Source: an uncultured Bacilli bacterium
GTDB taxonomy: Bacteria; Bacillota_I; Bacilli_A; RF39; UBA660
NCBI GenBank assembly: GCA_934098515.1
Contig: CAKOOK010000003.1
Location: forward strand, 5,070-69,069
DNA: 64,000 nt
Reading direction: 5' to 3'
The position numbers were made by a program, and so were the translations under genes. Shown in pieces: positions 6,997-16,722 of the stretch (positions are counted from its first letter, which is position 1; each line of letters begins with the position of its first letter). The notes beneath the pieces were generated by a model. That model searched no databases. It was not told where the DNA came from and was given only the letters and a program-made list of their open reading frames with translations.

Positions 6997-9900
6997 CTAA
7001 CTCTGAGTTCCATCATTTGTTTCTACTGTTATATCATAATCTGTATCATAATAATAATTACTAAATAAGACACTTGAATTATTAATTACTTTTCTTATAC
7101 CTAACTCTCCTCTACCATATATAGCATTTCTTTCAATAGATTTAACACTATAAGTTAAAGTTACCGTCTTAAGTATAATATTATTCATTAAAGCATAACT
7201 ACTAATATTTTCTGCATCTATTACATATTCTAACTTCTCATAATAACTAGGAACACTTATTAAAGTCGTACCATCCTTATTAAACAAAACTCCATCTTTA
7301 CTACTATAATTATTATTATCAGCACTAACTATAAATTTATTTATATTTAAGTTTATTCTAGACTCTATACTAGTAACTGAGCTTGGTACGCTAATATTCA
7401 TCTTCTTATCATCAGCACTTACTAATCCATTTAATGCATCATATATAATTCTCGTAGTCCCTTCTCTAATCAGTACATCACCTTCAAGTTTATCTGGCAC
7501 TAAAATAAGAACTTCACCATTATATAATATATTATTTTCTACTTCTAAAGTACTTGCTTTTATTTCTTTAAAGTTAACACCTCTAAATGGTGCTATACCT
7601 ACATAAGCATTTCCTATATCAGCACTTTCTCCTTTAAAGTTATAAAATGCATAATCTCCAATAGTTTGAACACTTCTAGGAATAACAATATTACCTAAAT
7701 TACTATCTATAAAAGCATAGTCTTTAATATACTGTAGTCCTTCATTAAATGTTACATTACTTAAACTAGTATTTGTACTAAAAGCATACTGTTCAATAGT
7801 TCTAACTGCACTTCCTATAGTAACACTTGCTAAATCTAAATTATTAGCAAATGCTCTCTTACCAATCGTTTCACTATTAACATTAAGCATCTTTAAACTA
7901 GTACTTTCAAAAGCCGATGTTCCAATAGATTTAACACTTGATGGAATATTAATATTAGTAATACCAGTTCCATAAAATGCATTATTACCAATACTACTAA
8001 CATTATTCCCAATAACAATATTATTAATTTGGCTCGCATAATTATCCCAAGGAGCACTTGTAAAATCTTCCATCTCTCCACTACCATACACACTTAATGT
8101 ATAGCCATTACTTCCGTCTATATCTTTATTATCATACAAGAATGCTATTACATCTTCTTTATTATTCTTACCTATCTTATAATAATCTACATATTCATAT
8201 TCAGCACTAACTATCTCACTAGAAATAACTCTTTTATTAACTAAACCATAAGTATCACTTATAGCTCCTTCACTTAAAGTTAGACTAAATGGTCCATAAT
8301 AATTATTTGCTTTTAATACAATCTCAAATCTATAACCATTACTTATATCAGCTACCTTTTTAACACTATCTACAACTACTCCACTACCAGTACTAATCAT
8401 TCCCTTATTAATAGAATCACTATCTAGTCCTCCACCAATATCAGTACAATTTAAATATGCCTTACCAGTTTTATATATATCTCTTGGTACATCTGTAAAT
8501 AAACAACTAGGTACTGGATTATCTGCTATTGCATAGTAAGTTGTCCCTTTATTTCTATTATTAATAGTAATCTTACTTCCAATACTTTTAATATTATCAC
8601 CACTAGGACTTGTACTCCAACCTTTTTTCGTTATACCATCAGGAACATCAAAATCAGGTAAAGTAACTGAGCACCCAAACCCTAGTACACTCTCTGTACA
8701 AGTAAGCGTTGTCTCATTTAAACTTCCATAAGTTCCCCCATTTAAATTAATCTGAAATACATTAGTAACATAAATAGGTATTCTAAGTTCTCCGCAATCT
8801 GCACCTTTAATAACTAAATAAGTAGTTCCAGTTCTGTATGATCTTATCTTTATCTTATCAGTAAACACCTTATTAATATTATCAGGCTCATATGAGAAAT
8901 TACTTCTTGATACTACATTAACACTAGCAGTCCAGCTATTACTAACACTATAACTTAATTTACCAGTAGCAGCATAACTAATCGTAATCTCTGCACTTTC
9001 CTTATTAACGCCTAAAGTAATTGAGTTAACATTACTCTTTAAAGAATAAACATTATAATCTAATTCAGCAAGTCTATTACCATTATTTTCCCTTAAAAAG
9101 ATTATTGCTTTTCCTGTATTAGTTCTACCTAACTTATAAGGTAAATTAATATTATACTGTTCACTAGTAACATTATGTCTTATAAGTGTTACTCCACCAT
9201 ACTTACCACCATTACTAGCACAATTATTAGTTAAATTAATTGCTGGCTGATTAGGATTACTACCTAAATCTACTAAATAATAATCACTCATACTATCAAA
9301 TACTATATTATTCTTCTTGCTATCACAAACTCTTCCACTAGCATCTAACACCCCTAAATTAATACCATGAATTGTTATTGTATTATTACTAAGACCAGAT
9401 TCTACATCCTTACATATCTTAGTAACCGTCTCATTATTCTCTTTAAAATATAAACTAGTCTTATAAATAACTGGAATATATATATCTAAAGAACCATCTT
9501 TCTCACTTCTAACATTAACCTTAAAATCTTCTACATTATCATAAATATCTTCACCACTAGTAGTTTCTAAAATAACAGTATCATTTTCCATATGACAATT
9601 TAAATAATCAGTATTTTCTACATATCCACCATAAGTACTTTTCTTATAAACAGTACAAGTAAAATCATTACTAGAGCTTCCATTTATCTTAGACTTAAAC
9701 TGTGTCTTATCATTATTTTGTCTTCTTCCCCCATTAAAATATAAATACTCTGGCACCTCTGTATTATCAAGTTTAATATTAGAAACATTAACATCAAAAC
9801 TAGTCTCACCACATAAAGAACCTTTAATTGTAACTTTAACACTTCCAATACCATTACCTTTTATATAAAAGTAATTCTGATTATTTAAAGTTATTGTACT

Positions 9901-11034
9901 TCCAAAAGAACTATTATTTGCAGATATACTAGCAGCACTACTATCAACTGATACAGTTAAACTTCCAGTACCACCTGCATTAAGATTAATCTTTTTAGCA
10001 GCCTCACCAACTATAACATTTGTAATATGTGTTGTAACACTTAAATCATAAACTTGTCTAATAATAGTCTTACTAATACCTGCATGATTCTCTGTTATAT
10101 TAAAACTCTTTTCCCCAGTGCTAGTACCACTACTCATATATAGAACGTCTCCCTTTATAGTAGCATTTAAATCATCACTAATCCCACTAAGAGAAAACTC
10201 TCCATAATTCCTTCCCGTAATTCTAAAAAGATCATTAGTCAGTGTCTTCATACACATCTTAGGTGTATACCCATCAATATCATAATTAACAACATACACC
10301 CCTAAATTCATATGTCTATAAAGTTTCTTCTCCTTACTATCTTCATAATAAGTACCAATAACTCTAACTTGATAATTACCATCAGTACCACTTCCAGACT
10401 TATCATTTAAAGTAAGTATTAAATCATCACCATCAACCTTACAAGTAAAAGGACCAGTTACTTCACAAGTAATACTTTTAAAAGTACCCTTAGTATAAAT
10501 CTTAGTCTTATACTCCTCATGCGTTCCCCAATAAAAATCTTTCTTCGTCGCATTTAAATTAAGTGAATAATTACCACTCTCACTAACTGCTGGGCATGAA
10601 TAATAATCAGCATTAACATCATATAAAGTAGCACTAACTGTTATAGTATGTGGATCATAACAAAGAAGCACTTTACCATCAAGCCTTCCCCCACTAACCG
10701 GATTACCAATAAAACTAGCATCCCCCTTAGTAGTATCATACTCTAAATAACCATACCTAACTAAATCATCAACACTAACAATACAATCATCATAAGCATC
10801 CTTATTAATAGCCCCAGACTCAAGTGCATTAGTACACTTCTGATAAGTATTAATATTATCCTCACCATACTTAGAAGCACTAGTTTCAATAGTACTAATC
10901 TTAGAATTTAAAATACTCTCCTTAGTATTCTTAGATATATTAGTAACCGCTGGTATCAAAATAACCATAATAATTGAAAGAATTGTAATAACCGCAAGAA
11001 GTTCTACCATTGTAAAACCTTTATGGTCCCTCAT
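6997..11034 (-). CDS. giant (1345 aa) pilin-like adhesin: prepilin signal, repeated Ig-like regions, C-terminal BspA-type leucine-rich repeats
   Basis: MRDHKG|FTMVELLAVITILSIIMV is a canonical class III signal with E+5. The C-terminal ~380 aa hold repeated ...IGNNAFYGTGITNINIPSSVKSIGTSAFESTSLKMLNV...IGKRAFANNLDLASVTIGSAVRTIEQYAF... units, which are LRR_5/BspA-like. Confidence 0.75.
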   Translation of the reverse strand: MRDHKGFTMVELLAVITILSIIMVILIPAVTNISKNTKESILNSKISTIETSASKYGEDNINTYQKCTNALESGAINKDAYDDCIVSVDDLVRYGYLEYDTTKGDASFIGNPVSGGRLDGKVLLCYDPHTITVSATLYDVNADYYSCPAVSESGNYSLNLNATKKDFYWGTHEEYKTKIYTKGTFKSITCEVTGPFTCKVDGDDLILTLNDKSGSGTDGNYQVRVIGTYYEDSKEKKLYRHMNLGVYVVNYDIDGYTPKMCMKTLTNDLFRITGRNYGEFSLSGISDDLNATIKGDVLYMSSGTSTGEKSFNITENHAGISKTIIRQVYDLSVTTHITNVIVGEAAKKINLNAGGTGSLTVSVDSSAASISANNSSFGSTITLNNQNYFYIKGNGIGSVKVTIKGSLCGETSFDVNVSNIKLDNTEVPEYLYFNGGRRQNNDKTQFKSKINGSSSNDFTCTVYKKSTYGGYVENTDYLNCHMENDTVILETTSGEDIYDNVEDFKVNVRSEKDGSLDIYIPVIYKTSLYFKENNETVTKICKDVESGLSNNTITIHGINLGVLDASGRVCDSKKNNIVFDSMSDYYLVDLGSNPNQPAINLTNNCASNGGKYGGVTLIRHNVTSEQYNINLPYKLGRTNTGKAIIFLRENNGNRLAELDYNVYSLKSNVNSITLGVNKESAEITISYAATGKLSYSVSNSWTASVNVVSRSNFSYEPDNINKVFTDKIKIRSYRTGTTYLVIKGADCGELRIPIYVTNVFQINLNGGTYGSLNETTLTCTESVLGFGCSVTLPDFDVPDGITKKGWSTSPSGDNIKSIGSKITINNRNKGTTYYAIADNPVPSCLFTDVPRDIYKTGKAYLNCTDIGGGLDSDSINKGMISTGSGVVVDSVKKVADISNGYRFEIVLKANNYYGPFSLTLSEGAISDTYGLVNKRVISSEIVSAEYEYVDYYKIGKNNKEDVIAFLYDNKDIDGSNGYTLSVYGSGEMEDFTSAPWDNYASQINNIVIGNNVSSIGNNAFYGTGITNINIPSSVKSIGTSAFESTSLKMLNVNSETIGKRAFANNLDLASVTIGSAVRTIEQYAFSTNTSLSNVTFNEGLQYIKDYAFIDSNLGNIVIPRSVQTIGDYAFYNFKGESADIGNAYVGIAPFRGVNFKEIKASTLEVENNILYNGEVLILVPDKLEGDVLIREGTTRIIYDALNGLVSADDKKMNISVPSSVTSIESRINLNINKFIVSADNNNYSSKDGVLFNKDGTTLISVPSYYEKLEYVIDAENISSYALMNNIILKTVTLTYSVKSIERNAIYGRGELGIRKVINNSSVLFSNYYYDTDYDITVETNDGTQS

Positions 11035-11044
11035 AAACTCACCT

Positions 11045-11569
11045 CTATTCTACTATCTTAAAATAAATATTAGATGTAAAATCATTCCCATTAGATGCAA
11101 GCATTTTAACCCTTAACTCATTAAGCCCACTATTATTAAAAGAATTATACAGAACAAAATTTGCTTCATCTATAATTGCTCCCTCTGGAAGCTTTCGCAC
11201 AAAATTACGTGCCATCTCATCACTAGTTAAATTAGTATTAACATACTCATACTTAATATAACCAGCATCACTAGTTAAAGAAAGCCTCTTCATAATATGC
11301 TCACTTAAATTACTTTCTCTATAAGCATTAAAAGTAATAATTACGCTCTTATTACCATCTATCTCTATTTTATTAACCCCATATCTATTAATATCTGTAC
11401 TTACCGCATCAATCAAAAGTGTATTTAACACCTCAAAATCAACCTCTAACTTACTCTTTTTATATAAACCATTAACCGTAATTAATAACCTTGTAACAAA
11501 AATAAGAATAATAGATACCAGCACTATAGACACAATAATCTCAACAAGAGTCATTCCCTTCTTATTCAT
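11045..11569 (-). CDS. minor pilin-like protein (prepilin-type N-terminus)
   Basis: The likely start is ATG at 11569 (MNKKG|MTLVEIIVSIVLVSIILIF), which overlaps the upstream stop in an ATGAATAA arrangement. E+5 is present. Confidence 0.7.
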   Translation of the reverse strand: MNKKGMTLVEIIVSIVLVSIILIFVTRLLITVNGLYKKSKLEVDFEVLNTLLIDAVSTDINRYGVNKIEIDGNKSVIITFNAYRESNLSEHIMKRLSLTSDAGYIKYEYVNTNLTSDEMARNFVRKLPEGAIIDEANFVLYNSFNNSGLNELRVKMLASNGNDFTSNIYFKIVE

Positions 11570-12071
11570 CACTATCACCAAACCTTAATGAAGCATACTG
11601 ATAAATAGTCGGATTACTATTATAATTATTCTCATCTTCAAACATCACAATAATTCTATATCCACTATCACTAGTAGGATCTAACTTCTTTATATAATTC
11701 TGCGTAGTAGCTTCCAAACTAGATAAATCATTAACACTTAAATCACTAGTATCCCACTTAGTAATATATATAGAGTTTATATGCATATTACTAACCATTG
11801 CTTTAAAATAAGCATCACCCTTACCTAAACAATCACTAGATCCCTGACAATACATATATACATCAGCACCCTCATAACCACTAAAATTACTACTCTCTAA
11901 ATACTCTTTAACCAAATTAGTCTTATAAATATACTCTGTATTATCATAATAACTCTTTCTTTGCACTGCACTAATAACATTCATATAACCCCCATAAAGC
12001 ATAATTAACAATACACACAAAACAAGAATAACAACAATAGTCTCTACCAAAACAAAACCATTCTTCTTCAT
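11562..12071 (-). CDS. minor pilin-like protein (prepilin-type N-terminus)
   Basis: MKKNG|FVLVETIVVILVLCVLLIML has G-1, F+1 and E+5. Confidence 0.7.
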   Translation of the reverse strand: MKKNGFVLVETIVVILVLCVLLIMLYGGYMNVISAVQRKSYYDNTEYIYKTNLVKEYLESSNFSGYEGADVYMYCQGSSDCLGKGDAYFKAMVSNMHINSIYITKWDTSDLSVNDLSSLEATTQNYIKKLDPTSDSGYRIIVMFEDENNYNSNPTIYQYASLRFGDSDE

Positions 12072-12080
12072 ATTACCTCC

Positions 12081-13001
12081 TTAATTATGCTTAAAACTAA
12101 TACTACACTTACTATCATGACCATTATTTCTATATTTAAATAAATACTTAGTATTACTCTCATTACTTATTGGACTAACCTCATAATCATCATAATTACA
12201 ACTAACTTTATCAAGAACATAACCCGCATAAGGAACAACCGTAAAAGATACCTCATCATCATCCACAAAATCCTTACTAATAAAAGAAACAGTCCCATCA
12301 AAATAATCTATATTCTTATCAAGCCACTCCAAACTAACCGCATCCCTATAAGCATAAGTAACATCCATAAGAAAAATATTAGTATAATAAGTTCTACTAG
12401 AATTATAAGCACTCTCCTTACCTACAATCATATAACTTAAAGTCTCAGCACCACTTAAACTAACAAGCTTAGAAGTACTTACCCATTCACTACTATTAGA
12501 ACTACTAATAATCCTATCCCTATCTATAACATCACCACTTACCGTATTAGAAACAAACACATCACTGGTATAACCTATACTAGGCTGATAATATTCCATA
12601 CGAAGATAATACTTATGAGAAGCATCTACACTAATTGGCTGAGACAAATTACCACTAGAACCCGTCTTAATAACGCACCTCTTACCAAAATCAGCAGCCT
12701 GAAAATTACCCCCACCTTGAACACTCCAATCAGTAAGATTATTACTACCATCAACACTACTAAAATTACCATTACGTACCAAATTAGTAATCGTCTTACC
12801 TCCATCAACACTAGCATAAGAAACATACAAACTTATCTTACCAATACCACCATTAAGCTTAGACTGAGTATCACTATTATACCTATCCAAAATAGTCTTA
12901 TTCGCAATATAATTACTCAAAAGAGCCGTCAAAATAGCAATAAAAGCAAGAAAAAAAGTATAAATCAAACTAGTAGCAATAAACCCACTCTTATTCTTCA
13001 T
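12081..13001 (-). CDS. pilin-like protein lacking Glu+5, with a CBM-like jelly-roll region
   Basis: MKNKSG|FIATSLIYTFFLAFIAILTALL has G/F and a hydrophobic helix but Ser at +5. NLVRNGNFSSVDGSNNLTDWSVQGGGNFQAADFGKRCVIK resembles the N-G-.-F-...-W start of CBM4/9-type sugar-binding modules. It is the first gene after the operon promoter. Confidence 0.55.
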   Translation of the reverse strand: MKNKSGFIATSLIYTFFLAFIAILTALLSNYIANKTILDRYNSDTQSKLNGGIGKISLYVSYASVDGGKTITNLVRNGNFSSVDGSNNLTDWSVQGGGNFQAADFGKRCVIKTGSSGNLSQPISVDASHKYYLRMEYYQPSIGYTSDVFVSNTVSGDVIDRDRIISSSNSSEWVSTSKLVSLSGAETLSYMIVGKESAYNSSRTYYTNIFLMDVTYAYRDAVSLEWLDKNIDYFDGTVSFISKDFVDDDEVSFTVVPYAGYVLDKVSCNYDDYEVSPISNESNTKYLFKYRNNGHDSKCSISFKHN

Positions 13002-13024
13002 AACACCAGCCCTATTCTCACTAA

Positions 13025-13033
13025 ATTATAACA
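13025..13033 (-). promoter_or_regulatory. extended -10 (TGtTATAAT) of the pilin-like operon
   Basis: On the minus strand, TGTTATAAT lies about 25 nt upstream of ATG 13001 and directly after the terminator at 13046-13074. The -35 is weak (T-rich). Confidence 0.35.
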
Positions 13034-13045
13034 TTATCTTAAAAG

Positions 13046-13074
13046 AAAAAAAAGCCCTAACTAAAAGTTAGAGC
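13046..13074 (-). terminator. rho-independent terminator after the SLT-domain gene
   Basis: On the minus strand: GCTCTAACT-TTT-AGTTAGGGC (9 bp including one G-U pair) followed by T8. Confidence 0.65.
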
Positions 13075-13141
13075 CTATCCTAATCAACAATATAAGTAGC
13101 ACCAAATCCACTAGCAAAACCATCTGCACTACATATTTTGC

Positions 13142-14437
13142 CTACTTACTCTTAATTAAAGGACTAGTTACAGTAGTCTTAACCACAATATCGTTACCAT
13201 TTTCATCTATCTTTTCATTCTCTATTGGTTTACTAGAATCATAATAAGAAAGTACCATCTTAGGATATGCAAGTGAAGTATCCCCATTAACATTAAATAA
13301 ATTAATCCATGAAGTATCATTTGCTTCTAACACCTCATTTAAAGATAAGCCTCTATCCTGCGAAAACTCACTTAACTTATTCCTAGTACTCGTCATTCCC
13401 CAATTATATGCACAAAGTGCCGCAGGTACATTATAATCCATATTAACCAAACAATTCTGAAAATACATACAAGCAATCTTTATATTAGTATCAAGTTCTC
13501 TAATATTACTATCAGTAACATGAAAAGATTCCCAAGAATTTGTATCAAAGTTATATGCTTTAACATCCTGATTTACCCAAACCTGATATTGCATTTGCAT
13601 AAGACCTACTCCACCACCAGGATCAATCTCAGTACTATGTACTCCCTTTTCTTGCGTTCCAATCGCCATCATCAAATCTTTATCAATACCATAAGTCTTA
13701 GCATACTTACTAACTAAACTATAATAATTATTCTTCGCACTTACTGCCTTCTCAACACTAGTTCTATCACTAAAATCAATATTAAAATTTTGATAAATAG
13801 TATCTTTCTCTTCAACTAACTGAGCAAGTAACTCTCCATTTGTTAGTTCCTTCTTCTCTGCTTCCTCGATATCATTTAAACTTATCATCTGCGTATCTAA
13901 TAAAAGTTTATCATACCCTGGATCTTTTTCTTCAATATCCGGTTGCTCCTCATTTAAATACTTTTCTATACTCTCTTGACTAACATCACTCATCCATGTC
14001 GCATTTGCACTAGGTGTAAAAGGATCATCAAAGTCTTTAATCTTATGACTAACACTTAAAACAGATACCATAATAAGAAGAACCATAAGTCCCTTAGTAA
14101 TAGCTCCAGTCTTAGATACTCTCTTAGCTTTCCTACTACCATTCATATACTTACTTGCTCTACTAGCATTATACTTATCTACTTTGCTTCTAGCATCTAC
14201 TCTCTCAAATACCTGCTTATAATCCTTAATAAAAATAACTCTATCAGGATAAACAATCCTTATAACCTTTCCATCTTTACTAATTCTAGCATCAGTAGCA
14301 TTTCTTCTTTCTACTTCATCTAAAAACTTCTTCGCTTCATCACCAAAAAAGATATTACTATAAGAACTATCAGAATAATTATTATAATACTTAGTCGTTA
14401 ATCTATTTCTTTCACAACAAACAACTATTTTGTCCAT
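13142..14437 (-). CDS. membrane-anchored lytic transglycosylase (SLT domain) protein
   Basis: The C-terminal domain carries the family-1 signature: AIGTQEKG (catalytic Glu) ... GGVGLMQMQ ... ALCAYNWG. There is a central TM segment (GLMVLLIMVSVLSV). Confidence 0.7.
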   Translation of the reverse strand: MDKIVVCCERNRLTTKYYNNYSDSSYSNIFFGDEAKKFLDEVERRNATDARISKDGKVIRIVYPDRVIFIKDYKQVFERVDARSKVDKYNASRASKYMNGSRKAKRVSKTGAITKGLMVLLIMVSVLSVSHKIKDFDDPFTPSANATWMSDVSQESIEKYLNEEQPDIEEKDPGYDKLLLDTQMISLNDIEEAEKKELTNGELLAQLVEEKDTIYQNFNIDFSDRTSVEKAVSAKNNYYSLVSKYAKTYGIDKDLMMAIGTQEKGVHSTEIDPGGGVGLMQMQYQVWVNQDVKAYNFDTNSWESFHVTDSNIRELDTNIKIACMYFQNCLVNMDYNVPAALCAYNWGMTSTRNKLSEFSQDRGLSLNEVLEANDTSWINLFNVNGDTSLAYPKMVLSYYDSSKPIENEKIDENGNDIVVKTTVTSPLIKSK

Positions 14438-14661
14438 AAGTCATCCCTTTTTTCTAACTCTGCATCAACCATATCCCATTCTTCATCAGTCGTTATAGGA
14501 AGAAGTGTTACATCATCACTAAGTATAGAAGCAGAAATATCCCCATTTTCTAAAACATATACAATATACCTTTTATTATTATTCTCGAATATAAATAGAA
14601 CATGTAACTTCTCACCATTAACCTCTATCACACCATCTAATAATATCTCATCCATACTCAT
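14425..14661 (-). CDS. DUF1292-like small acidic protein
   Basis: ...EVNGEKLHVLFIFENNNKRYIVYV...DEEWDMVDAELEK matches the recalled DUF1292 pattern. Confidence 0.5.
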   Translation of the reverse strand: MSMDEILLDGVIEVNGEKLHVLFIFENNNKRYIVYVLENGDISASILSDDVTLLPITTDEEWDMVDAELEKRDDLWTK

Positions 14662-14680
14662 CTTCCTATTCTATACAAAA

Positions 14681-14709
14681 ATTATAACAACAAATTCCCC
14701 TTTTGTAAA
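14681..14709 (-). promoter_or_regulatory. candidate internal promoter upstream of the DUF1292/SLT genes
   Basis: On the minus strand: TTTACA (14704-14709), 17 nt, TATAAT (14681-14686). No hairpin terminator is visible between the tyrS stop and this site. Confidence 0.4.
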
Positions 14710-14727
14710 CATAAGAAAAGAGTAAGA

Positions 14728-15954
14728 TTACTTACCAATATAGTATTTCTTCTTACCCTTACGTACTATTAAATATTTATTATACAATAACTTATCGCTA
14801 GTAATTACTTCACCTTCATCACTAACTTTTTCACCATTAATACTAATACTTCCTGCACTTATAAACTCTCTTGCTTCTCTTTTGCTAGAACATATATTAG
14901 CATTTATTAACATATCAATAACCTTATCACCAATGTTCACATCAAATGAAGGAGCTCCCTTAAAGGCATCTTCTAATTCATCTTCACCTAAAAGTGTAAT
15001 ATCACCTTTAAATAAACAATCACTAATCTTTTTAGCTTTTAAATACTCATCCTTACCATGAATATCAGTAATAATCTCTCTAGCTAAAGCAATATGAGCT
15101 TCTCTTGCTTCTGGATGCTCATTATTCTTTCTTTCATATTCTAGAATTTCCTCTCTACTTAAGAAAGTAAATATCTTTAAATAATCAATAACCAGTGAAT
15201 CATCCACATTAACTAAGTACTGATATAACTCATAACTGGAAGTCTTACTTTTATCTAACCATAGAGCATTACCTTCACTCTTACCAAACTTCTTACCAGT
15301 CTTATCAAGAACAAGTGGCATCGTAAACCCATAAGCTTCCTTACCAGTAATCTTCCTAATTAAATCAATACCAGTTGTAATATTACCCCACTGATCAGAA
15401 CCTTCTGCTTGAAGTACACAATTCTTATCTTCAAATAATCTTAAGAAATCATAACCTTGAATTAAAGTATAAGAAAACTCTGCATAAGTAATACCTGTCT
15501 CTAATCTTCTTCTAATAATATCTTTATCTAGCATATAATTAACATTAATATACTTACCAACATCTCTTAAGAAATCTAAAAATTCATAACCTTTAAACCA
15601 ATCATAATTATTAACTAATTCTGCCTTGCCATCAAATAAAGCACTAACTTGTTTAGAAATACCTTCTAAGTTTTTATTAAGAGTCTCTTTACTAATAATT
15701 TCTCTTTCAGCAGTTGGTCTAGGATCTCCAATAAGTCCTGTAGCTCCACCAATAAGTAAAATTGGATGATGACCTGCTTTAGCAAGTCTTTTCGCAGTAA
15801 CAAGTGATGAGTAATGTCCTAAATGCAAACTATCTGCAGTTGGATCTGTTCCCCAGTAAAAACTAATTGGTTCTCCATTTAATAACTTCTCAATATCTGG
15901 ACTACTAACATCTTTAACAAGTCCTCTCCATTTTAAATCTTCAAATAAATTCAT
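14728..15954 (-). CDS. tyrS: tyrosine--tRNA ligase
   Basis: Class I aaRS with HLGH (SLHLGHY) and KFGKS motifs, a C-terminal S4-like domain, and an upstream T-box leader. Confidence 0.95.
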   Translation of the reverse strand: MNLFEDLKWRGLVKDVSSPDIEKLLNGEPISFYWGTDPTADSLHLGHYSSLVTAKRLAKAGHHPILLIGGATGLIGDPRPTAEREIISKETLNKNLEGISKQVSALFDGKAELVNNYDWFKGYEFLDFLRDVGKYINVNYMLDKDIIRRRLETGITYAEFSYTLIQGYDFLRLFEDKNCVLQAEGSDQWGNITTGIDLIRKITGKEAYGFTMPLVLDKTGKKFGKSEGNALWLDKSKTSSYELYQYLVNVDDSLVIDYLKIFTFLSREEILEYERKNNEHPEAREAHIALAREIITDIHGKDEYLKAKKISDCLFKGDITLLGEDELEDAFKGAPSFDVNIGDKVIDMLINANICSSKREAREFISAGSISINGEKVSDEGEVITSDKLLYNKYLIVRKGKKKYYIGK

Positions 15955-15965
15955 AATATCTCCTC

Positions 15966-16580
15966 CTATAATATATCTTTTAATTTCTTTATATTATTTA
16001 TTGTACTATCAGTATTTTCATTATCTTTACTTATATAAATAGTTTTCATTCCAAGTGCTTTAGCTGGACTAATATCACTAGATAAACTATCACCAACCAT
16101 TACACATTCATCATAATTATCATTTTCTCTAGCTAAATCAAAAAACTCTTTATTAGGTTTAATTCCATATTCACACCCATATATATTCTTAAAATATTTA
16201 TCTAAGCAGTGGTATCGTAATCTCCCCTTTTGAGCAGCAGTATACCAATTAGTAAGTACTACTAAAGTATACTTCTTACTTAAATAATCAAGAACATCAC
16301 TAGTATCATCATTTAATAAAGTTGAATATCCTGCATAAATATCTAAACATCTATTTAAATCATCTTTACTAAACATAATCTTTAATCTATCACTAATATA
16401 TTTAGAAAGTTCATCTTTATCAAATCCAATACCCTTTAACTCAAATTCTCCAATAACATCATAAAACATCTTAGGCTTAATATTAGGATAATCTTTTAAA
16501 AACTCTGTATAAGCACTTATACAATCTTTATATGTATCTAAAAGGGTATTATCTACATCAAATATAATTCTCTTAATCAT
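15966..16580 (-). CDS. HAD-superfamily hydrolase
   Basis: MIKRIIFDVDNTLLDT (DxDxT motif I) ... VVLTNW ... VGDSLSSDI (motif IV). The start is moved to ATG 16580 (RBS GGAGGA) because the track start at 16604 lies inside the T-box terminator. Confidence 0.75.
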   Translation of the reverse strand: MIKRIIFDVDNTLLDTYKDCISAYTEFLKDYPNIKPKMFYDVIGEFELKGIGFDKDELSKYISDRLKIMFSKDDLNRCLDIYAGYSTLLNDDTSDVLDYLSKKYTLVVLTNWYTAAQKGRLRYHCLDKYFKNIYGCEYGIKPNKEFFDLARENDNYDECVMVGDSLSSDISPAKALGMKTIYISKDNENTDSTINNIKKLKDIL

Positions 16581-16592
16581 ATATTCCTCCAC

Positions 16593-16722
16593 AAAAAAAA
16601 TCATAAACTAAAGGACGAATAAAATCCGCGGTACCACCTTAATTCATGATTACATGCTCTCTTAATCTTATCGCGATCTCACGCTTTAGCTCCAAGGTCG
16701 TAAATCTCTTCATCACTAACAA
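16593..16722 (-). promoter_or_regulatory. T-box leader (Tyr) with terminator/antiterminator; promoter TTGAAA-17-TATACT at 16727-16755
   Basis: The minus strand contains the T-box sequence AATTAAGGTGGTACCGCG (16627-16644). This is followed by a terminator helix (AUCAUGAAUUAAGG...CCUUUAGUUUAUGAU) and U8. A candidate UAC specifier lies at 16700-16702. Stem I looks unusually short. Confidence 0.75.

Noticed and set aside
836-13001. Island as a prophage, ICE or transposon
   Set aside because: No integrase, transposase, recombinase, terminal inverted repeats or flanking att-like direct repeats were seen. tRNA-Thr is 17 kb away. Only the AlbA_2-like gene hints at mobility.
13142-14437. SLT-domain lytic transglycosylase as an integral part of the pilin-like operon
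   Set aside because: A good terminator (13046-13074) and a separate extended -10 promoter (13025-13033) lie between it and the first pilin gene. It is transcriptionally tied to the tyrS/DUF1292 side. A functional link remains possible but is not supported by operon structure.
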